A DNA stretch of 64,000 nt, taken from the NCBI GenBank assembly GCA_963663035.1, contig OY760074.1, positions 1,952,001 through 2,016,000 of the forward strand, given 5' to 3'. The stretch's first letter is position 1; every line of letters begins with the position of its first letter. Positions 31,720 through 43,114 of the stretch are shown piece by piece. Both the position numbers and the translations under genes were made by a program. Below the pieces are notes generated by a model. The model saw nothing but the letters and a program-made list of their open reading frames with translations. It searched no databases and had not been told where the DNA came from. The DNA is from Acidobacteriota bacterium (GTDB lineage Bacteria > Acidobacteriota > UBA6911 > RPQK01 > JADFOI01).

Positions 31720-32490
31720 GGCTGAGGCTGAGGCTGAGGCTGCGGAAATCAACCTCTCATTGGCCAGTATCAGCCCCGGAGTCTCCACCAGCCAACCCTC
31801 CATATGCTCCTTCTCAAATTCTTGCTCCAGCTTTCTGAGAACCCGTCCCAAGTTGGGAGGCCTCCAGCGGAGCCGATGGCCGTCCGAGGCAATAGCATCC
31901 ACCAGGCCTTCTGTGAGCAGTCTCCGCACACATCTCTTTGCGCGCGATCCCGAGCCCCCCATGAAACTGTCTGCATTCACCTGGACCACACATCCCATCT
32001 CCAAGAAGTGTTTGATCCGAGCTGGGTCCTTCTGAATCGCCACATATCGTTCCGGGTGAGCAATGACTGGCGTATTACCAGCCGAAAAAACTCTCATGAT
32101 CACTTCCTGGATCTGGCTAAACTGGAAGCCCGTATGAAACTCGAGCAACAGATAACGACTGCCGTTGAGAGTCAGCACACATCCCTCATCCAGAGCCTTC
32201 AAAAACTCTGGAGAGGCGTAGTTTTCAGCCCCCGCGAAGAGGTGCATCTCTTCCAGAAAAGGAAAGGCATCCTGACAGGACTCTAACTCCGATTTGAGTT
32301 TTTCAACCCGGTCACCGATCTCAACAAAATCATTGTTGTTGAAGAGGTCGAGAAACATATGGGGTGTGAGCACGATCTTCCTGGTTCCTGTCTCATGGGC
32401 AATCTTTAACATGGCAATCGTCTCATCCACACTGACCGAGCCATCATCGACCCCCGGCAGTACATGCGAATGTATATCAATCAATTCCAT
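31705..32490 (-). CDS. CpsB/YwqE PHP-type protein-tyrosine phosphatase
   Basis: IDIHSHVLPGVDDGS, TPH, AHPERY, ASDGH; start MELID at 32490; C-terminal ASASASAS encoded by (GAGGCT)4. Confidence 0.9.
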   Translation of the reverse strand: MELIDIHSHVLPGVDDGSVSVDETIAMLKIAHETGTRKIVLTPHMFLDLFNNNDFVEIGDRVEKLKSELESCQDAFPFLEEMHLFAGAENYASPEFLKALDEGCVLTLNGSRYLLLEFHTGFQFSQIQEVIMRVFSAGNTPVIAHPERYVAIQKDPARIKHFLEMGCVVQVNADSFMGGSGSRAKRCVRRLLTEGLVDAIASDGHRLRWRPPNLGRVLRKLEQEFEKEHMEGWLVETPGLILANERLISAASASASASVGS

Positions 32491-32525
32491 GTTCTCACTT
32501 TTCAGTGTATCAGCTATCAGCTGGT

Positions 32526-33494
32526 CTAAGTGGTCAGCTGGCTGGCCCAAGCTCGGTTCGCCTGGTACCAGAGAACGAGAGCCTTCAGGCCTGCTTTAAA
32601 ATCGTGTTGGGGTGCCCATTCCAGAAGCTCGGAGGCTTTGGTGATATCGGCCCATGTGGCTAACACGTCGGCCGGGTGACGGGGTCGAAACTCCAGTTTG
32701 GCTTCTTTACCGACCAGTTCTTCAATGAGCCGGATGGCATCCAGAAGGACAATGGGTTGGTCGGACCCCAGGTTAATGGTTTGGTAACCCAGCGGTCTCA
32801 GCGCCTGAATGGTACCGCGTGCAATATCGTCCACGTAGGTGAAATCACGAGACTGCTGACCGTCACCGAAGACCATGACGTCCTGTCCCTCACTGATCCA
32901 TTGCACGAAACGAAACAGGCTCATGTCGGGGCGGCCGGCCGGGCCGTAGACCGTGAAGTATCGAAGCACTGTGATATCGATGCCGTAAAGGAAATGGTAG
33001 CTGTGGCACAGTGCTTCAGCCCCTTTCTTAGAAGCTGCATAGGGCGAAAGAGGTTCATGGGTAGGGGCATCTTCTCTGAAGGGCACAGATTCGCTGGCTC
33101 CATAAAGACTTGACGTGGAGGCCAAGACAAACTTGTTGACATCAAACTCTCGGCACAGCTCCAATAAATTCAGCGTTCCTGTAATATTGGTCTCAAGATA
33201 CACCCATGGATTTTCCGTTGACTGGCGGACACCAGCCCGAGCCGCCAGGTTAATCACAGCCTGGAACTTTGCAGAGAATAGATCCCGCAGCTGATCTCGG
33301 CTGCAGATGTCCACTTGTTGAAATCTAAACTCAGGCTTACCCTGAAGTTGCTCCAGACGCCACTGTTTGAGCCGCACATCATAGGCATCGTTGAGATTGT
33401 CGATTCCCACCACCTCATGGCCCTGTGCAAGCAAAAATTCACAGACTTTGGAAGCGATGAAGCCGGCGGCACCAGTTACCAGATAAGTCGTCAT
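32526..33494 (-). CDS. UDP-glucuronate 4-epimerase-like extended SDR
   Basis: TGAAGFI, LAARAGVR.S, YAASKK, LRYFTVYGP.GRPDM, RDFTYVDDI. Confidence 0.88.
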   Translation of the reverse strand: MTTYLVTGAAGFIASKVCEFLLAQGHEVVGIDNLNDAYDVRLKQWRLEQLQGKPEFRFQQVDICSRDQLRDLFSAKFQAVINLAARAGVRQSTENPWVYLETNITGTLNLLELCREFDVNKFVLASTSSLYGASESVPFREDAPTHEPLSPYAASKKGAEALCHSYHFLYGIDITVLRYFTVYGPAGRPDMSLFRFVQWISEGQDVMVFGDGQQSRDFTYVDDIARGTIQALRPLGYQTINLGSDQPIVLLDAIRLIEELVGKEAKLEFRPRHPADVLATWADITKASELLEWAPQHDFKAGLKALVLWYQANRAWASQLTT

Positions 33495-33512
33495 TCCCTT
33501 TCCTCAGCCAAA

Positions 33513-35240
<1,728 letters not shown>

Positions 35241-35268
35241 TCAATGGGATTCCTCGGATGGGCTGGAT

Positions 35269-35379
35269 CTAGGAGTTGATGATCTCTTTTAAGCCTCTGC
35301 CAGGAGTAAAATAAGTAACCGTTTTGGCGGGGACCTGGGAACTCTTAGCCACGCTCTCGGTCAAGTCAGCTTTTGTCAT
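35269..35379 (-). pseudogene. Internally deleted HU/IHF-beta gene, 36 aa: MTKADLTESVAKSSQVPAKTVTYFTPGRGLKEIINS
   Basis: HU/IHF N-terminus (MTKADL.E.V) joined in frame to the C-terminus (VPAK.V..F.PG..LKE.IN); SD AGGAGGTG intact. Confidence 0.75.
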
Positions 35380-35526
35380 TTCTTCACCTCCTACGAGAAT
35401 CGAAGCACCCTGAAAAAGAGGATCTTACCACGTTCTTCCCAGAGCCAGAAGAGCTCAGAATCCGTGATTCACTGCTCACCTTGCTGCCCTGAACCCTTCT
35501 TTGACTCCTGGCCTTGTCTCCACTAG

Positions 35527-37143
35527 CCGCAATTATTCATAAGTTTGGGGTGAGTGTCGATTTTCTGCGGAAGTTCAGGGCTGAGAGTGTGTTCAGGTGC
35601 GATTACAAGGCGTCCAAGCTTGTTGAGCCGAATAGAGATGAAGCGAGAGCCCCTTCCGGAAACAGCTCGGCCCGCAGGGGGCTGTATATCTGTGTTGGCG
35701 CAGGGAGTCAGGGGAACGTCAGGTGGGACACAGACGGTGCATCAGTAATGCGAAGAGCTTTTGTTCGGGATAAGACGATGCCAGGTGCACCCAGATGCGA
35801 CGAGAAGTTTCCCGAACCCGGGCACCGATTTTGAACAGGCGGCGGCGGAGCGTCTCAATCTCCAGGTTGTGCCAGGGAGTCCCGCACAGGTAATCCCGCA
35901 GGCGCAGGATTAAGACATAGGCCAGGGCGTGGATGAAGAGTCGGAACTGGTTGGCCAGGAAACGGTGGCAGCTCAAGCGATCCATGGCCAGATCTTTTTT
36001 GAAAGCTTTCACGAAGTTCTCGCACTGGCCCCGTCCGATGTAGTGGTCATACAGCTGCCCGGCCGTGAGATCCTGGCGGTTGGTGACCACAAAGCGACGG
36101 TTGAACCCGCGCTCACTCACTTCCACCTTGGCCACCATGCGCCGCTCCCGGTCCCAACTGTCGGCCTGATAGACGAGCTCGGTGAACTGGCGTTGCTTTT
36201 CTCCTGAGTCGTCATAGTCTGCTTGCACCTGCTCAACCAAGGGCTCGACGGTGGCCGCCAGCCGGGAGTTGCGGGCAAAGCCCACCACATACTGCAGTTT
36301 TTCCTCCTCACAGAACTCGTACAGTGCCGGCGTCGCAAAGCCACTGTCGGCTCGCACTTCGATCGGAACATCGGATCCCAGAACCTGGCGCATCCGGGCC
36401 ACCACCCGTTTGAGAACCGCCACCGCGTGGGCGGCCGCCCCCTGGTTGCCGGGCCGCAGTAGCGCACATACCAGATCGCCCGTCTCGCCATCGAATAGCA
36501 GCAGCGGATGATACATGTGCTCGCGATAATAGCCGTGGTAAAAGCTGAACTCCTGCTGCCCATGCGTGACGTCATCCGTGCTGTCGATGTCCAGGATGAT
36601 CTTCTCGGGCCGGCTCTTCTTGCGGTGCTTCAAGTAGGTCTCCAGCAGCCACTGTCCCAGGCGAGTGAGATCCTTCGAGTCCACCGAGTTCTCCAGTCGC
36701 GACAGCGTGGGTTGAGAAGCCAGATCCGGATCGCTTTCCGGCAGCCGATCACACACGGTCTTGAAGATGGGATCCGAGCGCAAGCTGTCGGCATCGTTGC
36801 AGTCCTCATAGCCGGCCACGATCTGAAAGCTGCGCTGGGTGAGCAGTTCGCGAATCTGGTGGCGGACGTAGCGGCTATCTCGAGCGTCCTTCAGGCAGGA
36901 GGCAAAGCCAGCCGTCAGTCCGTGCTGTTGATCCAGGGCGTACAGACACAGCAGCCCGGCATCTCCATCGAATCGAGCCACCACTTTTCTGTCAGGGTGA
37001 GATGGCAAGTTGATCTGGCAGACTGCATCGCTGGGCCGTACCTTTTTGGTTTGGAGTTGTTTCATAACCCCTTTTATATCAAAGAGGTACGGCATCTTTT
37101 TGTGGATCAGACCCCTTCTTCTAGAATTTATGAATAATCCGGG
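35527..37143 (-). mobile_element. IS1380-family insertion sequence (about 1.62 kb)
   Basis: Inverted repeats CCGCAATTATTCATAA / TTATGAATAATCCGGG, flanked by CTAG on both sides (35523-35526, 37144-37147). Confidence 0.9.
35719..37095 (-). CDS. IS1380-family DDE transposase
   Basis: GYEDCNDA..LR.DP, LASQPTLSRLEN, LDIDST, HGQQE, LRPGN, RADSGF, Y..RG..EN..K..K, F.AN..RL. Confidence 0.92.
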   Translation of the reverse strand: MPYLFDIKGVMKQLQTKKVRPSDAVCQINLPSHPDRKVVARFDGDAGLLCLYALDQQHGLTAGFASCLKDARDSRYVRHQIRELLTQRSFQIVAGYEDCNDADSLRSDPIFKTVCDRLPESDPDLASQPTLSRLENSVDSKDLTRLGQWLLETYLKHRKKSRPEKIILDIDSTDDVTHGQQEFSFYHGYYREHMYHPLLLFDGETGDLVCALLRPGNQGAAAHAVAVLKRVVARMRQVLGSDVPIEVRADSGFATPALYEFCEEEKLQYVVGFARNSRLAATVEPLVEQVQADYDDSGEKQRQFTELVYQADSWDRERRMVAKVEVSERGFNRRFVVTNRQDLTAGQLYDHYIGRGQCENFVKAFKKDLAMDRLSCHRFLANQFRLFIHALAYVLILRLRDYLCGTPWHNLEIETLRRRLFKIGARVRETSRRIWVHLASSYPEQKLFALLMHRLCPT

Positions 37144-37181
37144 CTAGAATCCACGCGGAATCACACCAACCCTTCAAACTC

Positions 37182-37991
37182 ATGCCAGAACAGCTGCACA
37201 GCCATACCTCAATTGAATGGGCGCTCAAACGGGATCGCCTGATTGTCATCGCTGGTCTGGCGGCAGTTTCACTGGTTGCCTGGGCTTACATGTTTTACCT
37301 GGCTGGGAAGATGGGGAACATGAAGGTGGGGATGGACATGGCTCTGCCTCAAATCGATCCCTGGGGAATGATGGATCTCCTCCTGACCTTTTTCATGTGG
37401 ACAGTCATGATGGTTGCCATGATGGTGCCTTCCGTTTCCCCCATGGTCTTATTGTTGGCCACCATTAACCGACAGCGTTTCCCGGAGTGAAGTCCTGTAG
37501 CCCCCACAGCGATCTTTATGCTTGGCTATCTGATCGTTTGGACACTCTTTAGTTTGATGGCCACATTGGCTCAGTGGGGCTTGCACTCGGCGGCGCTTCT
37601 CTCTTCCACAATGGTGAGCACGAGCCCTATCCTGGGCGCGGCATTACTGATTGCCGCTGGTCTCTTTCAGTGGACTCCTCTTAAAAGCGCCTGCTTGAAA
37701 CATTGCAGGTCGCCCCTGGAGTTCCTTACCAGGAATTGGCGAAAAGGAACTGGGGGTTCTTTGCTGATGGGTCTCCGACACGGTGGAGTCTGCACAGGTT
37801 GTTGCTGGGTCCTCATGGCATTGCTCTTTGTGGCCGGGGTGATGAACCTCCTTTGGGTGGGACTTATTGCGATCTTTGTGCTGGCTGAGAAGATCTTTCC
37901 CCGTGGAGACTTGATGGGACGTGCGGCGGGAGGAGTCCTGGTCCTTGCGGGCCTGATCCTCTTAGCCGGGACTATGCATAGGTTTTCGTGA
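37182..37991 (+). pseudogene. DUF2182-type metal-binding membrane protein interrupted by in-frame TGA (37488-37490)
   Basis: MW..MM.AMM.PS, Q.TPLK..CL..CRSP, G..C.GCCW.LM motifs; both ORF pieces are in the same frame (RFPE*SPVAPTAIFM); the last codons run into MITE copy 2. Confidence 0.8.
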
Positions 37992-38111
37992 CGAAGTGCC
38001 GCTGGCGCCGCGATGACAAGGCGTGCGAGGGGTACCCGCTTGCGGGTCGCACAACGCAGTCAGCGTGGATGATTGCGGCACTGCAGTAGAAAATTTATGC
38101 ATAATCCCGGC
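37965..38111. mobile_element. MITE copy 2 (147 bp), TA-flanked
   Basis: Same terminal inverted repeats; 3 mismatches to copy 3 by eye. Confidence 0.9.
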
Positions 38112-39745
38112 TAGGGTTTAAGATCGCTCCAGATTTTCTCCAGATCGGGAGCCTTCCACCAACGATCTGCACCCGTGTCTCGGACGATCACCTGAGCGGC
38201 ATTGTAGCCCGGGGCCCCGGTAATGTTGCCGCCCGGATGGCAGCAGGAACCCGCCAGGTACAGGCCTTCGACGGGAGTGCTGTACTGAGAGCACTCCGGA
38301 AAGGGGCGCTTGTCCAGAAATTGATCCTCACTCAATTCTCCGCACATCCAGTCCCCATGCTGCATGTTGGGAAGGTGCCGCTCAACATCCAACGGACTCA
38401 GCCCAAACCAATCCACAATGGTGTCCTTATTGATGTTGGGAGCATATTGACTGATGAACTCAATCTCCCTTTCACACAGTTCATCGACAATCTCATCCCA
38501 GTGCTGGGGACTTTCCTTGAGAGAGTAAGGCGCTAGCTGCCAGAACCAGGCCACATGCTTCCCCTCCGGTGCCTGGGTGGGATCAAAAACGGTGGGTACG
38601 CCTCCGATGAGCTGGCGCCGTGTGGGAACCCGACCCGCATAGCAATCCTCAATCACGCGGCGAATGTCCTCGGTGCTGTCCACACCCATCACCATGAGCC
38701 AGGCCTTCATAACGTCGGGGTCATATTCCGCTGCCACCCACTGGGGCCGCTCGTGCAAAGCCAGGTGAACAGTGAGAATGGGAGTGGTCTGCGAGTACTT
38801 GAAATTCTCAGCCCGCTTTTTCAATGTCGCATCGATTTTGTCGCCGTCCAATAACTGGAGGAAAGTCTGCTGTGGGTTGAGCGTACTGGCTACGAATTTG
38901 CGGGCTTTCAAGATGCGGCCATCCGCCAGGCGCACCCCCACGGCACGCCCATCCTCCATAAGAATCTCCACTGCTGACTGACCTTCGTAGACTTCTCCGC
39001 CATTCTTGATCACCATCTGGTTGAGAGTATGGGCCATTCGGTGGGAAGTTCCCCGCGAGATGGTGGAAGAGATTCCGGCGGCACAGGCTACCGGCACGAC
39101 ATAACCCTGCCCCGGCTCATCCAGTTCATTGCCGCGAATCAAAAACAGGTAGCTCACCATGGCCTTCACCTGGTCACTTTCGAAGACCTCTTCCACCACA
39201 TCACTGATGGTACGATGTGCAAACTCGTAATAGAGCTTTCCAGCCTCACTTTTCTCGAGCAACGCTCTTTTTTTCTGGGCCGGCATGGGAGGCGAGAAGG
39301 TCTCCGGTGCGATGATGGATTGAACCACAGGCTTAAAGCGCCGATGAAAATCACGAAAGGTTTTGGCGTCTTTTTCGCTAAAGCGCGCGATACTGGAACA
39401 GGTCTGCTCGACGTCATGATTGTGCCAAAGCAGACAAGTCTTATCCCGAAACAACATGCCCACCGCAATCTCTGGTCGGATGTATTCCTGCCCATAACTG
39501 GACAACTCCAGGTCTTTGAACCAGGGCAAGTCGGGAACGGCTCGGTGGTTTTGTGAGTGAATATTGTGCCAGAAACCATGAGCTCGGGGATTCTCGTGGG
39601 CATCCAATCCCCCTCCCACCTCCAGGTGCCGCTCCACTACAGCCACGGAGAGACCGGCTTTCAAGAGATACCCCTGGAGAATCATCCCGTTGTGACCGGC
39701 ACCGATCACGATTCCGTCGTATTCATGACCTGAGTTTGTTGCCAT
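38111..39745 (-). CDS. Phytoene-dehydrogenase-like FAD oxidoreductase (COG1233)
   Basis: IGAGHNG, E....GGG, DPTQAP.GKH, TPVEGLYLAGS..HPGG.ITGAPGYNAA. Confidence 0.85.
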   Translation of the reverse strand: MATNSGHEYDGIVIGAGHNGMILQGYLLKAGLSVAVVERHLEVGGGLDAHENPRAHGFWHNIHSQNHRAVPDLPWFKDLELSSYGQEYIRPEIAVGMLFRDKTCLLWHNHDVEQTCSSIARFSEKDAKTFRDFHRRFKPVVQSIIAPETFSPPMPAQKKRALLEKSEAGKLYYEFAHRTISDVVEEVFESDQVKAMVSYLFLIRGNELDEPGQGYVVPVACAAGISSTISRGTSHRMAHTLNQMVIKNGGEVYEGQSAVEILMEDGRAVGVRLADGRILKARKFVASTLNPQQTFLQLLDGDKIDATLKKRAENFKYSQTTPILTVHLALHERPQWVAAEYDPDVMKAWLMVMGVDSTEDIRRVIEDCYAGRVPTRRQLIGGVPTVFDPTQAPEGKHVAWFWQLAPYSLKESPQHWDEIVDELCEREIEFISQYAPNINKDTIVDWFGLSPLDVERHLPNMQHGDWMCGELSEDQFLDKRPFPECSQYSTPVEGLYLAGSCCHPGGNITGAPGYNAAQVIVRDTGADRWWKAPDLEKIWSDLKP

Positions 39746-39762
39746 ATTATTAGCCTTGCTCC

Positions 39763-41298
39763 TCAGATGGAGGCCGGAATCGAGAGTCCCAGATCACTGG
39801 CAATCACCTTGGCAGCGATATAGCCCGGAGCTCCCTCAATTCCGGCGCCCGGATGCATGTAAGCTCCCCCCAGGTACAGATTCTTGATGGGGGTTCGAAA
39901 ATTGGATAGTTCAGGCAGCGGCCGGCTGGCACCCAGCTGGACTCCGGCAGACTTTCCTCCAAAAACGGCTCCCTGGGGATAGCGCCACTTGGTCACAAAG
40001 TCATCAGGAGACATGGAGGCTTGCCGCATGACATTTTTCGTTGTGACGTTGGGAAAGTACTCGCCTACCCAACCGAGGACCTGCTCGGTATAAGAGGCGG
40101 CGACCTCACTCCACGGTCCACTCTTCAGCTTTGCTGGAACGATCTGCCAGATGAGAAAGGTGTGTTTTCCCGGCAGGGCCTGGGAGGGATCATGCAGAGA
40201 AGGACAGGAGACGATGGCTCCCAGACGGTTGGGAAGCTCGCCGCGCTGGATCTGGGCAACGTGCTCCTGGACATCTTCCGCTGATTCAAAACCCAGGGTC
40301 CAGCGAAGGGCCTTTGCGGCGCTCGGATCCTTTGCCCTGACCTGAGGGGCCTCATTAAGCGCTGCATGAATCACGAACAGCGAAAACTCTTCCCACTGAT
40401 AATCACCCAACCGCTGGCCCAGCTCCGCAGGAATGTGTTCCTCACCGACCAGAGACCGGAAAGTGGTGTGGAGGTCCACCGTACTGACCACAACCTTGGC
40501 CAAAAGCTTCCGTCCAGTGGAGGTCTCCACGCCCACAGCCTGGCCGTTCTCTATCAGGATTCGCCTCACGGGAGTCGAGTCCCAGATCCAGCCGTTGTTT
40601 CTCAACTGCTCCGTCCACAGAGACTGAGCCAGCTCATGACTTCCCCCCTCGACTATTCGACTCGCTGTGGCCGTGCCCACCACCAACTCGAGGAAACGGC
40701 CGGCACCTGCATAGTCATACAAGATCCCCCGCGGGACCATGAAGTGGCTCAGCAAAAGCGCCTGTGTCAAGGGATGCTGGAAATCGGCCTGAATGGCCTC
40801 CAACGGAGTCAACTCGGCGCGCGAATCAAAGCCTTCATGTCCCATCCCGTTGCCAGCCAGATTGAGAAGGTAGGGCTGGTAATGGGCACTCAAGGCGGCA
40901 TGAAAAGCCTCAGAGTGTCGACGCCACACCTCGGCATCCTGTTGGGACCAGCGAGAGAGATTCGAGACCGTCTGCTCGAGGTCAGAACACAGGGTGAGGC
41001 TCTCCCCATCTTGTTTGAGAAGGCTGCTCTGCACGGAGGGATGGAGATAGATCGTGTTGGCGTCGCGCAGGCGCAGGTCCTCATAAATCGGAGTGACGTC
41101 TACCGTGTCGTGATAGTAAGAGCCCGTGTTATGCCAGCAGCCCATAACGGTGAACTCTTCAGTGGAAAGCCCTCCCCCGGATTCCAGCCGTCGCTCACAC
41201 ACCAAGACACTGAGACCGGCCCTGCCCAGGTAGTTTCCCACCACCATTCCGTTCTCACCTGCTCCTATGATGATGGCATCAAAAGTATCCTTACTCAT
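39763..41298 (-). CDS. Second phytoene-dehydrogenase-like FAD oxidoreductase (divergent paralog)
   Basis: IGAGENG, GGGLSTEE, GGSH, RTPIKNLYLGG..HPG.GI.GAPGY. Confidence 0.85.
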   Translation of the reverse strand: MSKDTFDAIIIGAGENGMVVGNYLGRAGLSVLVCERRLESGGGLSTEEFTVMGCWHNTGSYYHDTVDVTPIYEDLRLRDANTIYLHPSVQSSLLKQDGESLTLCSDLEQTVSNLSRWSQQDAEVWRRHSEAFHAALSAHYQPYLLNLAGNGMGHEGFDSRAELTPLEAIQADFQHPLTQALLLSHFMVPRGILYDYAGAGRFLELVVGTATASRIVEGGSHELAQSLWTEQLRNNGWIWDSTPVRRILIENGQAVGVETSTGRKLLAKVVVSTVDLHTTFRSLVGEEHIPAELGQRLGDYQWEEFSLFVIHAALNEAPQVRAKDPSAAKALRWTLGFESAEDVQEHVAQIQRGELPNRLGAIVSCPSLHDPSQALPGKHTFLIWQIVPAKLKSGPWSEVAASYTEQVLGWVGEYFPNVTTKNVMRQASMSPDDFVTKWRYPQGAVFGGKSAGVQLGASRPLPELSNFRTPIKNLYLGGAYMHPGAGIEGAPGYIAAKVIASDLGLSIPASI

Positions 41299-41410
41299 GT
41301 TCTTTTCTCCTCTTCCGCTAGACTTTACTATATTGAAGCTCTATTAATAAGGGGGAAAATCTCATAAGGGGCACACCCATACCCCGGACACAGTACCTGA
41401 GAGCCTTCGG

Positions 41411-42958
41411 ATGTCAAACAGGGATATTCAGACAGCTTCCCATTATCACGAACAGACCAAGCATTCCTATCAGAGCGTCCGTTCCAATCCCCACTATATG
41501 AATTGGTCGACTCAACCGGTTCCTTTCAAAATTTATCCCGAGCTGGAGCCCATCCCGCTCCCGCGCCAGTGGAAAGAGACAGAGACCGCCGCCCTGTCAG
41601 CTATCTCCCAACTCACCGTCCCGGTAAAGGGCGAAAGGATTCCAAATCTCAATGATCTGGCCCGGCTGCTCTACTTTTCGGCAGGGGTCACCAGAAAGAG
41701 AAGCTCTCCCATGGGAGAGGTACTGTTTCGGGCGGCCTCCTGCACGGGAGCTCTTTACGAAGTGGAACTTTACCTCGTCTGTGGTGCCCTGCCGGATCTG
41801 CCGGCGGGTGTCTACCACTTTACTCCCCAGGACTTTGCCCTGCGCCGCTTGCGCAAGGGCGACTATCGGGCAGTGCTGGCTCACGCTTCCGGTGAGGAAC
41901 CCAATGTGGTGGCAGCTCCTGCGGTGATCATTTCTACGGGGACTTACTGGCGTAACGCCTGGAAGTACCAGGCCCGCACCTATCGTCACTTCGGCTGGGA
42001 TAATGGCACGCTTCTGGCTAATCTGCTGGCTATAGGGCTCGCTCTGCAGTTGCCGGCTGAACTGATCCTCGGCTTCGTGGACGATGATGTAACTCGACTG
42101 CTGGATCTGGAGAACGAACGCGAAGTGGCGTTGTCCATGGTATCGCTGGGCAGCACAACCCAGAAAGCCGCTGAGCTGGCGGCGGAAGTAGAGCCGCTGG
42201 GACTGGGTAAACCGCCTCTTGCACAAGGGGAGGTGGACTACCCGGCAATGCGCCTCATGCACTCTGCCAGCGGTCTCCTTTCAAAAGAGGAAGCCGCCCT
42301 TTGGCGAGGACAAACTCCTACCCAGGATGCTCCTGTCCCCAAAGGTCAGGTCTGGAAGCTTGATCCTCAGCCCGAAGCCGCCCCTGACTCGATTGAGCAG
42401 GTGGTACGGCGCCGCGGCTCCAGTCGACAATTTGAACATCAGCCCATCTCCTTTCAGGAATTCTCCACAGTGCTTTACTGCTCGGCGCAGGGGATAGCAG
42501 CTGACTTCCTGGAACCCCTTGGCGTTTTCCTGAATCATTGGTATCTGATCGTCAATGCAGTGGAGGACATTCCATCGGGCGCCTATGTTCTGCATCGCCA
42601 GAGCTGGGAATTGGAGCTCCTCAAGGAGGGGAACTTCAGAGGCGAGGCCGGATACTTAGGTCTGGAGCAGGCGCTGCCGGCGGATGCCAGTGCTAACGTC
42701 TTTTTCCTGGCCGATTTAGAACCGATTCTGAAACGCTTCGGTAACCGCGGATATCGGGCGGTACAGCTGGAGGCTGGAGTCCTGGGAGGAAAGCTCTACC
42801 TGGCCGCCTATGCCCAAGGACTGGGCGCCACCGGGCTTACCTTTTACGACGATGATGTGATTGAATTTTTCTCTCCCCATGCAAAGGGAAAAAGTGCTAT
42901 TTTTCTGATGGCCCTGGGACATAGTCGTTCTCCTGTGACAGGCAGACCGCGTCTCTAG
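41411..42958 (+). CDS. SagB/ThcOx-like FMN nitroreductase-family protein, two domains
   Basis: YHEQTKHS, RAASCTGALY..ELY, WKYQARTYR, second domain RRRGSSR..F, R.YR...LEAG..G..LYLAA...GLGATG...YDD. Confidence 0.82.
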   Translation: MSNRDIQTASHYHEQTKHSYQSVRSNPHYMNWSTQPVPFKIYPELEPIPLPRQWKETETAALSAISQLTVPVKGERIPNLNDLARLLYFSAGVTRKRSSPMGEVLFRAASCTGALYEVELYLVCGALPDLPAGVYHFTPQDFALRRLRKGDYRAVLAHASGEEPNVVAAPAVIISTGTYWRNAWKYQARTYRHFGWDNGTLLANLLAIGLALQLPAELILGFVDDDVTRLLDLENEREVALSMVSLGSTTQKAAELAAEVEPLGLGKPPLAQGEVDYPAMRLMHSASGLLSKEEAALWRGQTPTQDAPVPKGQVWKLDPQPEAAPDSIEQVVRRRGSSRQFEHQPISFQEFSTVLYCSAQGIAADFLEPLGVFLNHWYLIVNAVEDIPSGAYVLHRQSWELELLKEGNFRGEAGYLGLEQALPADASANVFFLADLEPILKRFGNRGYRAVQLEAGVLGGKLYLAAYAQGLGATGLTFYDDDVIEFFSPHAKGKSAIFLMALGHSRSPVTGRPRL

Positions 42959-43104
42959 CCGGGATTATGCATAGGTTTTCGTGACGAAGTGCCGCTAGCG
43001 CCGCGATGACAAGGCGTGCGAGGGGTACCCGCTTGCGGGTCGCACAACGCAGTCAGCGTGGATGATTGCGGCACTGCAGTAGAAAATTTATGCATAATTC
43101 CGGC
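42958..43104. mobile_element. MITE copy 3 (147 bp), TA-flanked
   Basis: Same terminal inverted repeats; left TA plus G forms the TAG stop of the upstream gene. Confidence 0.9.
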
Positions 43105-43114
43105 TAATTGTTGC

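Noticed and set aside
31718-31741. (GAGGCT)4 as a phase-variation tract
   Set aside because: The unit is a multiple of 3 at the extreme 3' overlap of two genes, so slippage would not shift the frame.
37488-37490. Selenocysteine at the in-frame TGA
   Set aside because: The position is a loop where I expect a basic residue rather than Cys, and no clear SECIS hairpin is visible; nonsense mutation is simpler.
41411-42958. Azole RiPP cluster around the SagB-like gene
   Set aside because: No YcaO, E1-like partner, transporter or precursor peptide is seen nearby.
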